This document shows, piece after piece, positions 10,449 to 23,582 of a stretch of DNA of 64,000 bases. The translations under genes were made by a program, and so were the position numbers. Positions within the stretch are counted from its first letter, which is position 1; each line of letters starts with the position of its first letter. The notes under the pieces are model-generated. The model did no database searches, had not been told where the DNA came from, and worked only from the letters and a program-made list of their open reading frames with translations. The DNA comes from Azolla caroliniana (lineage: Eukaryota > Plantae > Polypodiophyta): contig JBHGNT010000022.1 in assembly GCA_043228905.1 (NCBI GenBank), positions 5,270,001 to 5,334,000 of the forward strand, written 5' to 3'.

Positions 10449-11143
10449 GATACCTGTTCGTAAACGCATAGAGGGGAATGAGTAGGTTGGAGGTGCTGCC
10501 GGAAGCACTCAGGCATTCCTCAGAGCAGCGCGGGCCTCCCGAAACCTGCACAGAAGGAAGCTATGGCGTTTGCAACCAGAAAGAGAGAGAGAGAGAGAGA
10601 AGCCTTCACACGCAAACCGACAGCACTTCGTCCTCGACTCACCGCGATCCCCTTACTCTCCTCGTCTCCCTCCTTTTTTAGGCAAGGAAGGAGCCGTTTC
10701 CCCTTTACTCCCTACCTACCGAATCTACCTAGGATCTCCTATGTACAACTTAAGGCGCACGTGCATGAAGAGTCGGTTTCTATGCTCCGGTACACCGATT
10801 CCGCTTGTGGACGGTTTTCTTCACGACACCGTGTGGCCTTAGCCACTTCTTGGCTGCTTCTGAGAGTGCTTGGCAGTCCATGGTTTCTTCAAGGTCGGTG
10901 AACGCTGGTGAGGGATGTGTGGGAGGAGGCTCTGTGTGCGCGGGCTCGCGTCTGATAATCTTCAATCGCCTGTCTGCGTTTGTGCTCCTCTGTTCGCGAA
11001 ATGTGAAGACCTCTATGCGGTGGGGGTTTTCTTGCTGCATGTTGGCGCTTGTTTTTCTTACCCACGCGTGTGCACATTGTGTACTACAATAGAATGACGT
11101 GCCATGTGGCGACGGTTTAATACCCTATTAATAGCCCCCTACA

Positions 11144-12546
11144 TACCTTTTCAAAGTGCTTGTTCACTCCTTGTTCTTGCATGTGTCCGTTCACACCTCG
11201 CCCTTGCATGATTTACTTTGATTTGATTTGATTTATTTTTCTATTTTTTATTTTTTTTAAAGATAAAACTGTTTGGTTAATTCACATCCGGTCCCATTGG
11301 ACCCTTATCCGAATTGTGGGACTTACCGGGCGCTGGACTACTTGCCGTCGCGTCGTTCTTGCCGTTTGCTGGCTCGTGCTCCCTCTTACCGGGTTCGCGC
11401 TTGCCGTTTGCTAAACGTGTTGCCGTCTCTTCCGACTTACCGGTATCCGGTTCTGTGTCGGCCTTTACTTGTTCAAATGGGTTTCTTGGCATGGGTCCAT
11501 TGTATGGTTTGAGGTAAAACCCATTGACGCAGAACCTCACCGGCGAGTGTCCCTAATTGGTAAGAACCGTTGAACTCACGCGTGATTCAGTGTGGTCTGG
11601 TTCACCGAAATCGTAGCTTCCCCGACATCTTACCCATCCGGGTCTGGAATACTAGTACCGGCTTACCGATTCCGAACATCTTTTCGTTCCCTTTTCGGTG
11701 ACGATCCACGAACGCTTTCCTTCGCCGCTGCTCAAGTTCTAGGTGCTGATGCTGGCTAGCCAGTTTTCTTCCAATTCGCATAGCGCGGCTAACTGGATCG
11801 CTTCCGATTCCTTCTCATTTAGGCGTTCCTGAATCTATATTCGTAAACTTGGTACCTGGAACTCGACCAACATCACTGCCTCCAATCCGAATGCTAGGCG
11901 AAACGGTGTTGTGCGGATACTTGTCTTATATCCCGTTCGATAGGCCCAGAGTGCACTGTGTAGCTTTGTATCCCAATCCGTCTGGTTCTCATTAACGATT
12001 TTTCGAAGGATGTTCTGTAGTGTTTTATTTGTTGACTCAGCTAATCCGTTGGCTTGTGGATAATAGGGAGTGCTCCATTTGTGCACCACTGCATAGAATG
12101 TCGTCAAACTTTCCACTACTTGCCCTAAAAAGTGCCCACCTTGGTCACTTATTAGCTCTATTGGACATCCATACCGACACCAGATGTATTCATATAAAAA
12201 TTTTGTCGTGGATGCCGCGGTGTTGCATAGTGCTTTGGCATCCACCCATTTTGTGCAATAATTCGTAGCGACAATCACGTACCGGTTGCCGGTTCTCATT
12301 GCTGGTGGTTTGAATGGACCGACAAAATCTAGCCCCCATTTCTGAAATGGTTCTAACGGTAGCATGGGCTGGTGAGGCATCCTCGCTTGTTTGGTTGGTT
12401 GGCCCATTCGCTAACATAGGTCACATTCTTTAGTGTACCGGACTCCATCCTTCAATGTTGTTGGCCACCATAGCCCACTCTGCCATATTTTCCTTGTTGT
12501 AGCGTCTCCGACATAATGTCCTCCAGCCACTCCGCAGTGTGCTTCT
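11144..12546 (-). mobile_element. Tat/Athila-like gypsy fragment (integrase, decayed)
   Basis: EAHCGVAGGHY..GLWWP..CDLC, PFQKWGLDFVGP, ISDQG, QANGLAES, C-terminal VNGFYLKPY; in-frame stops. Confidence 0.85.
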
Positions 12547-13075
12547 GAGGAGTACCCGGCTAGGGAGAGCTGGATGGTGCAGACCCGGTCAGAACCGGAT
12601 GAGGAGTACCTGGCTACGGAGAGCCGGATGGTGCAGACCTGGTGAGAATCGGATGAGGAGTACCCGGCTACGGAGAGCCGGATGGTGCAAACCCGGTGAC
12701 AACCGGATGAGAAGTACCCGGCTAGGGAGAGCCGGATGGTGCAGACCCGGTGAGAACCGGATGAGTACCCGACTACGGAGAGCCGGATGGTGCAGACCCG
12801 GTGAGAACCGGATGAGGAGTACCCGGCTAGGGAGAGCCGGATGGTGCAGACCCGGTGAGAACCGGATGAGGAGTACCCGGCTACGGAGAGCCGGATGGTG
12901 CAGACCTGGTGAGAACCGGATGAGGAGTACCCGGCTAGGGAGAGCCGGATGGTGCAGACCCGGTGAGAACCGGATGAGGAGTACCCGACTACGGAGAGCC
13001 AGATGGTGCATACCCGGTGAGAACCGGATGAGGAGTACCCGGCTACGGAGAGCCGGATGGTGCAGACCCGGTGAG
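12547..13075 (+). repeat. 54-bp tandem array (~10 copies) in LTR U3
   Basis: Unit CCGGATGAGGAGTACCCGGCTACGGAGAGCCGGATGGTGCAGACCCGGTGAGAA; 18-aa periodicity in three ORFs. Confidence 0.95.
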
Positions 13076-14884
13076 GAGTGCTCACCGGATGAAGAGACAT
13101 ATTCGTAAATTTGTTTCTGAGAATCCATCGTGGCTATATTTGTAAATAGCCGAAAAGTCATATTAGTATAAATATGACTTAGGGAAAACTTTTAGTGAGT
13201 AGTGGTTGTCATTCTTGTTGGTGCAAGGAGAGAGACACCGCATAACTGTGTACAAAGAGAGAGAGAGAGAGAAAGAGGTCGTTGCCTCTGTTGTAACCGC
13301 TGCCTGTGGCGAAGATCGTGAGCACGAGGTCAGTAAGCAAAACCGGACCTCCCTCCGACCAAGGCCACCGATGAGACGTAATGCACCGCTGGAGTTGGTG
13401 CATACGGATGTGTGTCAAGTAGACACGAAGTCACATGCCGGAGCGCAGTACTTCGTGACGTTCATAGATGACCACAGCCGAAAGTTGTGGGCCACACCGT
13501 TGAAGACGAAGGATCAGGTGCTATCCGTCTTCAAAGAGCTCCACGCGAGAGTGGAAAGAGAAACCGGCCGGAAGCTGAAGGCGGTTCGAGTAGATAACGG
13601 AGGAGAATACCGGGGGCAGTTCGAGGAGTACTGCCGCTCGAAGGGAATCCGGCTCGAATTTACCATGCCGAAGACGCCGGAACTAAACGGACTGGCCGAG
13701 AGGATGAACCAGACCATAATGGAGAGGGTCCAGAGTATGCTAGCGCATGCAAAACTACCCAAGAAGTTTTGGGCTGAGGCATTGTCGACGGCGACATACG
13801 TGATAAACAGATCACCCTTAGTACCCTTGGACGGAGACACGCCACAGAGAGTTGGGACTGGTAAGGAAGTGTCCTACTGGCATCTAAAGGTGTTCGGGTG
13901 TCTCGCGTACGTGCATGTAGCTAAGGACCGGAGAGGAAAGTTAGATCCAAAGACTTGGCCATGCATATTCCTCGGTTACGGCGACGATGAGTTCGGCTAC
14001 CGAGTGTGGGACCCGGTCGACAAGAAGGTATTCCGGAGTCGAGATATTATCTTCATGGAGGACAACACGCTCGCCGACTGGGAGTCGGGGAAGAAGATAA
14101 TGAACTCCGAGTCGACCGATAAGGATAGACTCTACAATGAACAGACCCAACCGGCAAGAGACCGGTTAGCACTCAAGGAGCCAGCCGGTTACGGTGAGGA
14201 TATTGAACTGGCAGAAGAAGAAGTAGAGGAAGCTGAAACTGGTACCGGCCAAGACTCCGAATCAGATTCGGATGAAGAGCAAATGGAGGAGCCGGTTACC
14301 GAAGCCCGAAGACGGAGATATCCTCTCAGAGAGAGAAGGGCCCCCCAGAGATTTCCGGATGCAGAGCATGTTCTGTTGACCGATGAGGGAGAGCCTGAAA
14401 GCTTCGAAGAAGCGAAGGATGACACCCACAGCCAAATATGGTTAGGTGCCATGCAGGACGAGATGGATTCCCTGCATGAGAACCATACGTACGAGTTGGT
14501 GGAGTTGCCGAAAGGAAAGCGGGCACTCCGAAACAAGTGGGTGTACAAGTTGGAACCGGGAGATGCCGGCAACCCCCCGAGATACAAAGCCAGGATCGTG
14601 GTGAAGGGGTTCCAACAGAAGAAGGGTGTGGACTTCGACGAGATATTTGCCCCGGTAGTAAAGATGACCTCCATCCAGACGGTGCTGAGTATAGCGGCAA
14701 GCATGGACCTCGAGGTAGAGCAGCTAGACGTGAAGACGACATTCCTTCACGGTGACCTTGAAGAGGAGATCTACATGCAGCAACCGGAAGGATTCGTGGA
14801 GAAAGGGAAGGAGCACTTGGTTTGCCGGTTGAAGAAGAGCCTCTACAGGTTGAAGCAGGCCCCCCGGCAATGGTACCGGAAGTT
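12547..14884 (+). mobile_element. truncated, internally deleted copia related to 4930-10448 (partial LTR + integrase/RT)
   Basis: LTR-like 12547-13332 (TATAAATATGACTTAGGG, as in the intact LTR) is joined directly to integrase. ORF 13206..14969 is highly similar to the intact polyprotein and is cut in RT at 14884. Confidence 0.9.
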
Positions 14885-17800
14885 TGTTGAGAGACAAGGT
14901 CAACATCGGTCGGATCGGCTGAAGAAGCCGAGGACTGGATCGGCTGGGACCGATTGGTTAGGCCGTTAGGAAAGATATTCCGTGAGGAATATATTTGGGA
15001 GTTAGTGTAGGAGCTCTTAATGAGCATTGAAGTACTGTCAGTACTCCAGTCAGTCCTTCTAGGGCTTGTACAAAGTGTTCATTGAACACATAGATGTTTG
15101 TTTTTGTCTTTTATTATACATGCTCCTTTTGGTGTCTTCTCTCTAACTCTCTCGGTCTCTCCCGCGTATACTGTGTAAGCTCAAGCTCTCCATTAAACCT
15201 GAGTGTTCTCCCTTCTGTTCTGTCTTTATACTTGCTTCTGCACGCTACTTTTTACATGGTATCAGAGCACAAGGGTTGAGAACCTCTCTGCAGCCGACAC
15301 AGCTTGACGAAGAAGAACAAGAAGAACGATGGATAGAGGCATGGCGAGCTCGCTTCCAACAGAGAAGCTCGACAGAACCAACTACGCGTCTTGGTTCTAC
15401 AAGATGCACTAGTACCTGCTCGGGCACGGCTATTGGAGTTATGTCGAAGGAGCTAATGACGCGGCACCCGAATCGACACACAGAGACTTTCCGTCGTGGG
15501 AGCAATCAACGAGTAGGGTATTATACTGCTTCACGTCGTCTGTGGGCGAACAACGATTGAGCTATGTTCGGGATGCAAAGACGCCGAAGGGTACGTGGGA
15601 AAATCTGAAGAAGATCTTCGCCACGAGCACCACAGCCAGGAAGCTTCAGCTCGGACAGGAGTTGAGCAACCTACGACAACGCGACTTGTCGGTGGCGGAG
15701 TATACCTCGAAGATCAAGGATATCTGCGACTCCCTCGCCTCCATAGAGGTGAACATCGAGGAGAGCGAGATGGTCCAGATCTGTCTCAGAGGTTTGGCGT
15801 CAAAGTTCGAAGTGTTCCGAACGGCTGTGTGTACCCGGGAGAATACGCCGTCCTTTTTCGACTTACAGTCGATGCTCCTGGTAGAGGAGAACCACGCGGG
15901 TGCGTCGACAAGCAGGCACACCGACATCAAGATGTTGTACACGGAGGGAGAAAGGCCCCGTGGTCGTGGCAGACGAGGCGAGTCGGTACGCAATGGAAAC
16001 GGCCGACGAGATCAAGGAAGAAGGCACCGAAGTGATGTCGACAGCAACTCCGGACCCTCCGGAAACAGGGGGAGTCGAAGCGATGAGAACCGGCAAGGGA
16101 AGGCCATCGCGGAGTGCTGGTACTGTGGCAAGAAAGGCCACAGGGAAAGTGAGTGCTGGAAGAAGCGCGCCGATTTGGAGAAAACCGGTTCCGGAAACGG
16201 CTCCGGACATACCGACAAGGGAAATCGGCAGTGATCGCACTACGCCGAAGACTCCGGGAGAGACGGAGAATGGTCTGCCTTCATGACGAGACACGAAGCA
16301 AACTCAATGAAACAGACCACCCCGAGATCGGACGAGGTGTGGTACGTTGACTCCGGTGCGTCAAACCACATGACGAGCCATAAGGAGTGGTTCTCGTACC
16401 TTGAAAAACCGATACAACCTGGAGTAGTCGCAACTGGAGAGGACACTCCGCATCCGATCACGAATGTCGGAGAAGTTCCCCTTAGCCATGTCGGGCAGAA
16501 AGGGAAACTCATGAACGTGTTGCACGTTCCGACAATCACAAAAAACTTGGTCTCGGTCGGACAGATCGTCGACCAAGGGATGGAGGTTCGGTTTACACAC
16601 CTCGGGTGCTTCATTGAGGAAGAAGGCCATGTGATTGCGCAAGGGCGCAGAGACGGGAGGATGTTCATCCTCGATTCCACTGACGGCGGCACCGCAATGT
16701 TCGCGAAGGGACAAAAAGCTGAGTCGGACATCGACTTGTGGCACAAGCGGATAGGCCACGTCAACTACCAGCGGCTTCAAGATCTACAATCGAAACAGGT
16801 AGTGTTCGGATTGCCCAAATGTAGTGGCCGAAAGGCACAAATTTGTGAAGCCTGCCAGCTCGGGAAGCAACACCGACTTCCCTTCCCCAACGAGCGAAAC
16901 CGGAGCCGGAACAAGCTCGACCTTATACACTCCGATGTATGGGGGCCGGCACAAAACGTTAGTCTTGGTGGGAGCCGATATTTCGTCTCCTTCATCGACG
17001 ACCACATGCGGTACACGTGGATCTACCTCATTGAGAGGAAGAGCGAAGTCTTCGACTATTTCCGGGATCTCAAAGGGTTCGTGGAAACGGAAACGGGACG
17101 AAAGATCAAGTGCCTGCGGTCGGATGGCGGGAAAGAGTACTTTTCCGGTCAATTCAATGGTTATCTACAACAAATGGGAATTCGGCGCGAATTCAGTTGC
17201 AGATACACGCCGGAGCAAAACTGCGTGGCCGAGAGGAAGAATCGGTCAATTATGGAAGCGGCACGGGCAATGCTAGAGGCGAAGAGCTTGCCCAAGTTAT
17301 ATTGGGCCGAGGCGGTAAGGACCGCGGTATACATCCAAAACCGGATCAGAGACAAAGTGTCGGCGCACGAGCTATATTTCGGAACGAAGCCGAACTTGCG
17401 ACACTTGAGGGTGTTCGGTAGCATTGCGTATGTGCATATACCGAAGGAGAAAAGGAGGAAGCTGGACGCAAAGGCCGAGAAATGCATCTTGGTCGGTTAC
17501 TCGGACGAGGAGAAGGGTTATAAGTGCTATAACCCTCGCACCAAACAAGCGCGTGTCAGCCGCGACATTGTGTTTGACAAGTCCGCGTCCTGGTACCTGC
17601 CCCCGACTACGAACCTCGACTCTAATCCGAGCTCTGACGATGAGGTCAGCGAGGCCGAGATGCCTCCGGATGAGCCCGAAATCGAGACCCGAAATCGATT
17701 TCACTCCGGTTAAGTGGACCGCTTGGACGACTGAGTCGGTACGACCAGTCCAATGAAGAGCCGACAAGTAGTGGAGACTCGGTCGTGCATTCCCCGCGCA

Positions 17801-18106
17801 GGAAGCCGAGGAGACGGCTTACACGCAAAGAGAAAGGGAAGAAGAAGGTGTCGGATTCTGGCACGAAAAGGAACGAGTCAGACCGACGCGAGTCCGAATC
17901 CGAGGGAACCAGTGACGGGTCTTTAAAGATGAAGACCGCGTCGACCGAGAAGGCCTCGACATTGGCTAATGTGAGATTACGCCGATCTACCCGCCAGAAG
18001 AATCCTGTTTTGCGGTTCGGATACAACGAGTACATGGCGCATCATTATGCGTACATGACCCGTGTAGCGGAAGTGCGTGAGCCGGAGAGCTACGCAGAAG
18101 CGGCTA
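14885..18106 (+). mobile_element. 3'-truncated Ty1/copia (second family), decayed
   Basis: LTR 14885-15256 (TG..CA); PBS TGGTATCAGAGC 15257-15268; gag from ATG 15341 (MASSLPTEKLDRTNY); CWYCGKKGHRESEC; WYVDSGAS; integrase; stops and frameshift; ends before RT. Confidence 0.9.
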
Positions 18107-18109
18107 ATT

Positions 18110-18397
18110 GTTCCCGTCAGTTGCCGACTCCATCCGGTCGACAGTTTCCGGCTCTGTCCGGTCTTCGGTTGCTAGCTTCATCAGGTCGCCAGTTCGATCC
18201 AGTTGCCGGTTGCCAGTTCCGTCCGGTCTACAGTTGCCAGCTCCGTCCAATTTCCGGTTGCTGGATCCACCCGGTCGCCAATTGCCGGCTCCATCTGATC
18301 GCCGATTGTCGGCTCCGTCCGGTCTCCTGTTGCCAGCTCCATCCAATTTCCGGTTGCCGGCTCCATCCGGTTCCTGATTGTTGGTTCCTTAGCCACA
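18110..18397 (-). repeat. degenerate 24-bp tandem array, probably the U3 remnant of another LTR
   Basis: ~11 units like TTGCCGGCTCCATCCGGTCGCCAG; 8-aa periodicity in ORF 17785..18462; possible TG terminus at 18397. Confidence 0.65.
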
Positions 18398-18509
18398 TTT
18401 GTCCATGTAGACAAATTGGTCCAAGTTCAACCATTACTTTTGTGCTCTCAACACATAGATAAAAACTAATGGTTTTCAATCTGCTTCTATAGCTAGATGC
18501 TAAAGTTTC

Positions 18510-21500
18510 CTTTTCTTTCTTTTTTTTCCAAAAAACCACTACTTTGCATTAGTTAGCAAATAGAATACAACAAAGTTTATCCAAATCCACAATGGGATCA
18601 ACATATACAACTTGGAGAAACAACTCCAAAACTATCAACCAAAAACAGAAAAAAAAACTCAACCAATCCTTAACTCAAGCAAAATTGAATTAAACCCTAT
18701 TTTACCCCGACTCTACAACTCCCTAACGCACGTTTGTGTCAGCTATACATACATAATTACAACCCATGTACAATATTGGGAGCCATCAGTTGAAACAGCC
18801 ACCTAGGTGCCTGGTAATTCCACTTAGGCCTCGATGAAGATTTGACTAGCATGGGAGAGCTACTCCATTTCAGCAAGAACTTTGACCTTACCCTTTCTGC
18901 TTCTTCTGAATCCCCTTGAATCGAATCATACCGACCGCGCAACCAAGCCACAAGATCAAACCAGATATTTAACATCATCTCCCCGCATGAAATCTTTTGT
19001 TGCTGAAAAACAACCTTACAACGCTTGATCCAGATGTGCCAGGCCGTCAAACAGGCCATCATAAGCCAAATCTCCTCCAAATATTCCAGAATTTGTGCCT
19101 GGTCTCACCCCATCACATTGGAACACGCTACCACCTTGCACTATAAATCCATGTCCTTGTGGGTTTAACCGTTCACCCCAGCTTTCCCCTTTTAAGGAAA
19201 ACCTTTGTATTGAGCCCCACATAATGTTCCCTTTCACACCACAGGCTGCCACGATTCGAAGGTTTCTACTCCAAATACTAATCGCCTCCGTACAATTCCA
19301 AAAATAGTGAGAGATTGATTCCAAAGCCTGTCCACATAACTTACAGCTAGCTTCACCACCACGGGAGCTCAACCACTCGCCTACAGGTACCGCCTTGTGG
19401 CTAAGAAGCCACCACCAAGCCTTAATTTTTTCTGACATATCCAATGCTCATAGTCTCCTCCAAAACGACTTCAAATCGTCATCTGAAATGCCTTTATCCT
19501 TCTAGCTGTTGCGAATCATTCCAACATCCACGATTTTGGAGCCAACAATTCGTCTTCCTAGCTTGGTATTGTATTCAAAAACTTTTTCAAGTTTTTTGTT
19601 CCTGGTGTCTGCCACCAAACCTCCAATGGGTCCCACTCCAAATCATATAAGGGCTTGTTATTGTAAAGCCATATTTTACAATCATGATCCAGTGTCTTAG
19701 GGTCTGGGTTCAATTGCCACCACTTACCCTCCAACACTACCACCCACACTGCCATCCACCTGCCATCATTTGTCAAAGAACTTCGATTACCCCACAAACG
19801 ATCCTCGCTAGTTGAGCACCTACCACGGATAAGTTGTGCGTCACCCTCACCTACAAACGAGCCCAACCAAACTGTCTCTTCCGCAGTCAACTTATCCAAT
19901 CCATCAACAACCCCATCTATCATTTAGGTTACCTTCACTAGTCTTCCAGTAATCCTACAATTAATAGTCTGACCCCCCGTCCGCCTGTTCATGCTAAAAA
20001 CCTCCCAATCGTGTACTGACCGAATCTTGTACCCTAGCATCTTCCCCCAAGGCAAGTACTTTTGTTGTCCAAGCATCTTACCATCTTCACTTCTAATCCT
20101 AGGGTTCCAAAACAACGGTTGTCATAGCTGTTCATCTAGTGTTTTCGGTTGCATTAAGACTAACCCTTCTCTTAAACTTGACCATGCCTTCATTACGGCG
20201 TGAACCACTCTATCCTCCATGCTAGCTGGTTCTTTCAACTTTAGAGCTGGACTGAACAACCACCATGTATTTGCCTACCAAGGACCACCATTCCTGGGAC
20301 ACCAAAGGTAAACTCTATTCCTAAGGAGCACCTTCCACAATTGTGGTCCGGGTTGCAAATTTCACACTAAAAGCTTACCAAGTAGAGCTTTACTTTGGTG
20401 AACCGGATCCACCAGTCCAAGTCCTCCCTCATTCTTTGTCTTAACTAAACAACCCCACGCCACTTTAGTTGATGCCATTTCATTGTCTCTACCCGACCAC
20501 AAGAAGCCTCTTACCATTGCCTTAATATTTTTTTGCAGGCTTTGTCTAACATCCAACATGCCACGGAATGCCACATGGTGGCCAGCAAAATATGGTTCAC
20601 CACCACAACCCTACCAGCAAGGGAGAGCTTTACTGATGCCCACAACCGAAGCTTTTTTCTAATTTTGTCTTTGACCTACTCAAGCTGCTGATTTTTAGGT
20701 GTCTCAACTCCCACCAAAAAGCCCAAATACTTAACAGCCATGCCATTGGGGACCCATTGAAAATCAACGTTGGGACACCATAACGGTCGTGGGTTTGAAC
20801 TTACCCAGAATCCTCTACTTTTGTTCCAATTAATTTTCCCCCCTGATGCATCGCAAAACCACTCAATCCGTCCTTCCGCCTTTTGTAAATTAGTATCATT
20901 CCCTTGCAAGTAAAGCATAGTGTCATCTGCATACTCAAAGTCCAGCAACTCCTTACTCGCATGTGGGATAGCTAAACCTCTTATTCCTGCATCCGATTTG
21001 TTCAAAAAGAAAGAGAATGCTTTTGTAATAAATAAGAAAATATAGGGGGCCAGCGGGCACCCCTGTCTAACATACCTACGTAATGGAATCGATGGGCCAC
21101 GATGCCCTATCACTAACACCCTACTCGAACTTCCTTTGTAAAGGGCTAGCACAGTTGATCGCCATTTTAAAGGTAGACCCAACCTTTCCATGACTTTATC
21201 TAAAAAAGGCCACTAAACTCTGTCATATGCCTTCTCAAAGTCAAGCATGAGACAGGCAATGTGTTGATTGGTTTTCTTTGCCAAGGCAATCGCCTCCCAA
21301 AATGTCAGCACTTTATCAATTATGCATTTGTTTTCCATGAACCCTGTTTGTCCAACATGGATTAGTTCCTACAGGTAGGGTTTTACCCTCTTGGCTAGTA
21401 TATTAGCAAATATCTTATATATTGTGTTTAGCAGCGTGATTGGTCTCCATTGCCTTGCATCAGTTGTTACACCTTGTACCTTAGGAATTAGAAATATCAT

Positions 21501-23582
21501 CCCCTCTTGAAATTGCTCAGGTAAGTACCCAACATCTTATGCCTCCTTTAGCCCATCAACCAAATCTGCCTTGATTACCTGGGCAGAACGTTCTACAAAT
21601 ACTTACCAAAGCATCAACCACCTCCTCGTCCAAGAGAGGCCTCACCAAATTAGCTTTTGCCGCATCCGAAATTTTATGTTGCATTCCCTCAAGCACATAT
21701 TCTATCATAGCAGGTTGTTCGGGGGCTATTGTAACTATCCGAAAGCAACTCATGATAGTGTGAGGTGACCGCCTCCAAGATCTCTGAAATATCCTCCGAG
21801 ATAGAGCCATCTTCCTTAACCAGCTTCGGATTGTAGCTATAGTTTGTTCTAGGTTGTTTATGCATGAAAAATTGTTTATTCACCTTATCCCCATTTTTGC
21901 TCCACCATGTCGCCGAACTCCTAAATAACATCATATTTCTGGATGCAATCAAGCATTGCAACATTTCTTTGGCAGCCTCGAGGCCTGCCCTAGACCATTG
22001 GCATCGGGGATCTTTCTATAGTAGCCTTTGGGCAGCCACTATTGATCTCCATAAACACATTTCTTCCTCCTTAGACCTCGTAATTCTACTTTTCGTCGCC
22101 TTATGGAGATAAGTTGACGTTTCGATAATCTTCCCTCGAAGTTTATCAAGTGCGCCACATCCAACCGAATTGCTTTCCCATATACGCCTTATGTTTCTAC
22201 TCACCTCCACATCCTCAAAAAGTTTTTTGTTGATCTTCACATTGCAGTCCCTTGGTGGTCTCCTCTGCGTTTCTAACGTTACCTTAACCAGCATATGATC
22301 AGAGTAGGCTGACCCTCCAATGATTTCAACATTGGTTCCAAATTTTTCTAGTGTTGGACTGATGTACATTCCGTCTATGCGTGACATGCAAAAACCATGC
22401 ATACCGCAACCTGCTCTCGAAAAACTTAGTGAATTTCGAGGTTTTTTTATTCTTTCACCCCCATTCGACCCATCAGCAAATCCCACGCAACAACCTTAGC
22501 CCCCTGCACCACCATTGGCATACCCCCCACCTTGTCCTCTTTGTACAAAGTCATGTTAAAATCCCCAGCAAGGATTCATGCATCTGCCGTTGGCAGACCA
22601 TCGGCCAATTGCCTCCAAAAAAGGGCTCGGTTCGTTGACGAATTGGGCGCATACACATTTATTATGCCAATTAGACATTGGGCCCATCTAATAGTCACAT
22701 AGATGGCACGTCCCTCCACTATGGTGTCATGACCCACCACAACAACATCTAAAGACTTCCTTATAGATGTACAGACACCCCCTTTCCTACCGTGCTCACC
22801 TTGAGTTGGGGACCAGAATGTCTGCCACTCTCCCTCAAGAGGATTGCCAATATTTAAGATCCTATTCGCACTTAGATGGTGCTCTTGCACCAACAATATA
22901 TCTGGGACCCCTTGAAACTTGGGGATTTGAACTCCTGTCGGAAGTTCTTCCTCTCCAACATACATTTGCTACCCCCTAGACCTTGTATGTTCCACGTGAG
23001 TAATTTCATCAAAACATGAGTGAAGCCTCCCATGACGGACATAGCCCCTCCTCTTGAGTCCACGCCCAACCACCCTTACTGAGCCTCTCCCATCCCACCA
23101 TAACATCCTGCCGCATTGCATCCTCTATTTCCTCCTCATGGAAGTGCAATACCTCATCGAGGGAGTCCACCCTCTCTTCTATGTTTAGTAGCAACTGTTT
23201 TTTAATGCATGAATCATTGACCCTTCCACAGATCATTTTAGCGTTCATCCACATCACACTCCAGTTATCTCCATTCGAATTGATGGGCAAATTGTTAAAG
23301 TACTTGTTTGCCCTACTGGTTATGGAACTCGAGATCCAATCCATGTTATTGGTTGAAATCTCCAGGTCTGTCAGGTCAAAAGAAAAACAAGCATTTGGCA
23401 ACTTGTTGCGTTCATTGACAACCACATAAACCCCTAGCCCTGGGCCTTCCTCATGAAATAAGTCAATCAATCTCTTGTGAGCTTGTTGGCTAAACCTGCA
23501 CCCCTTGTCGAACCTATCCCTGATTGATCTTTTGGACTGAACCAATTTCACCGGAACTCAAGCATCTACGCCTAAAGTTACT
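18510..23582 (-). mobile_element. L1-type LINE (non-LTR retrotransposon), decayed, 5'-truncated
   Basis: ORF1 remnant 23009-23551. ORF2 from ATG 23009: APE endonuclease MKLLTWNIQGLG..ILLVQEHH, RT RQGCPLAP and EYADD, zf-RVT CKLCGQALESISHYFWNC. Many stops/frameshifts; A-rich tail near 18510-18528. Confidence 0.9.

Larger units (their letters stand above)
1..11143 (-). mobile_element. Ty3/gypsy LTR retrotransposon, tRNA-Trp primed; 3' part outside window; 5' LTR split by a copia insertion
   Basis: Minus-strand order gag(CCHC)-protease-RT-RNaseH-integrase Zn finger. The 5' LTR is 4647-4929 plus 10454-11143, with termini TGTAGGGGG...CTCGACA, and is followed by a Trp PBS. The outer LTR boundary at 11143 is inferred. 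Confidence 0.85.

Noticed and set aside
12547-13075. CRISPR-like appearance of the regular repeats (also 5002-5150, 57601-57730)
   Set aside because: Units are contiguous with no unique spacers, lie inside LTRs, and there are no cas genes.
18104-18462. Cys-rich 8-aa repeat protein tail
   Set aside because: Translation of a 24-bp DNA tandem array fused to a broken copia.
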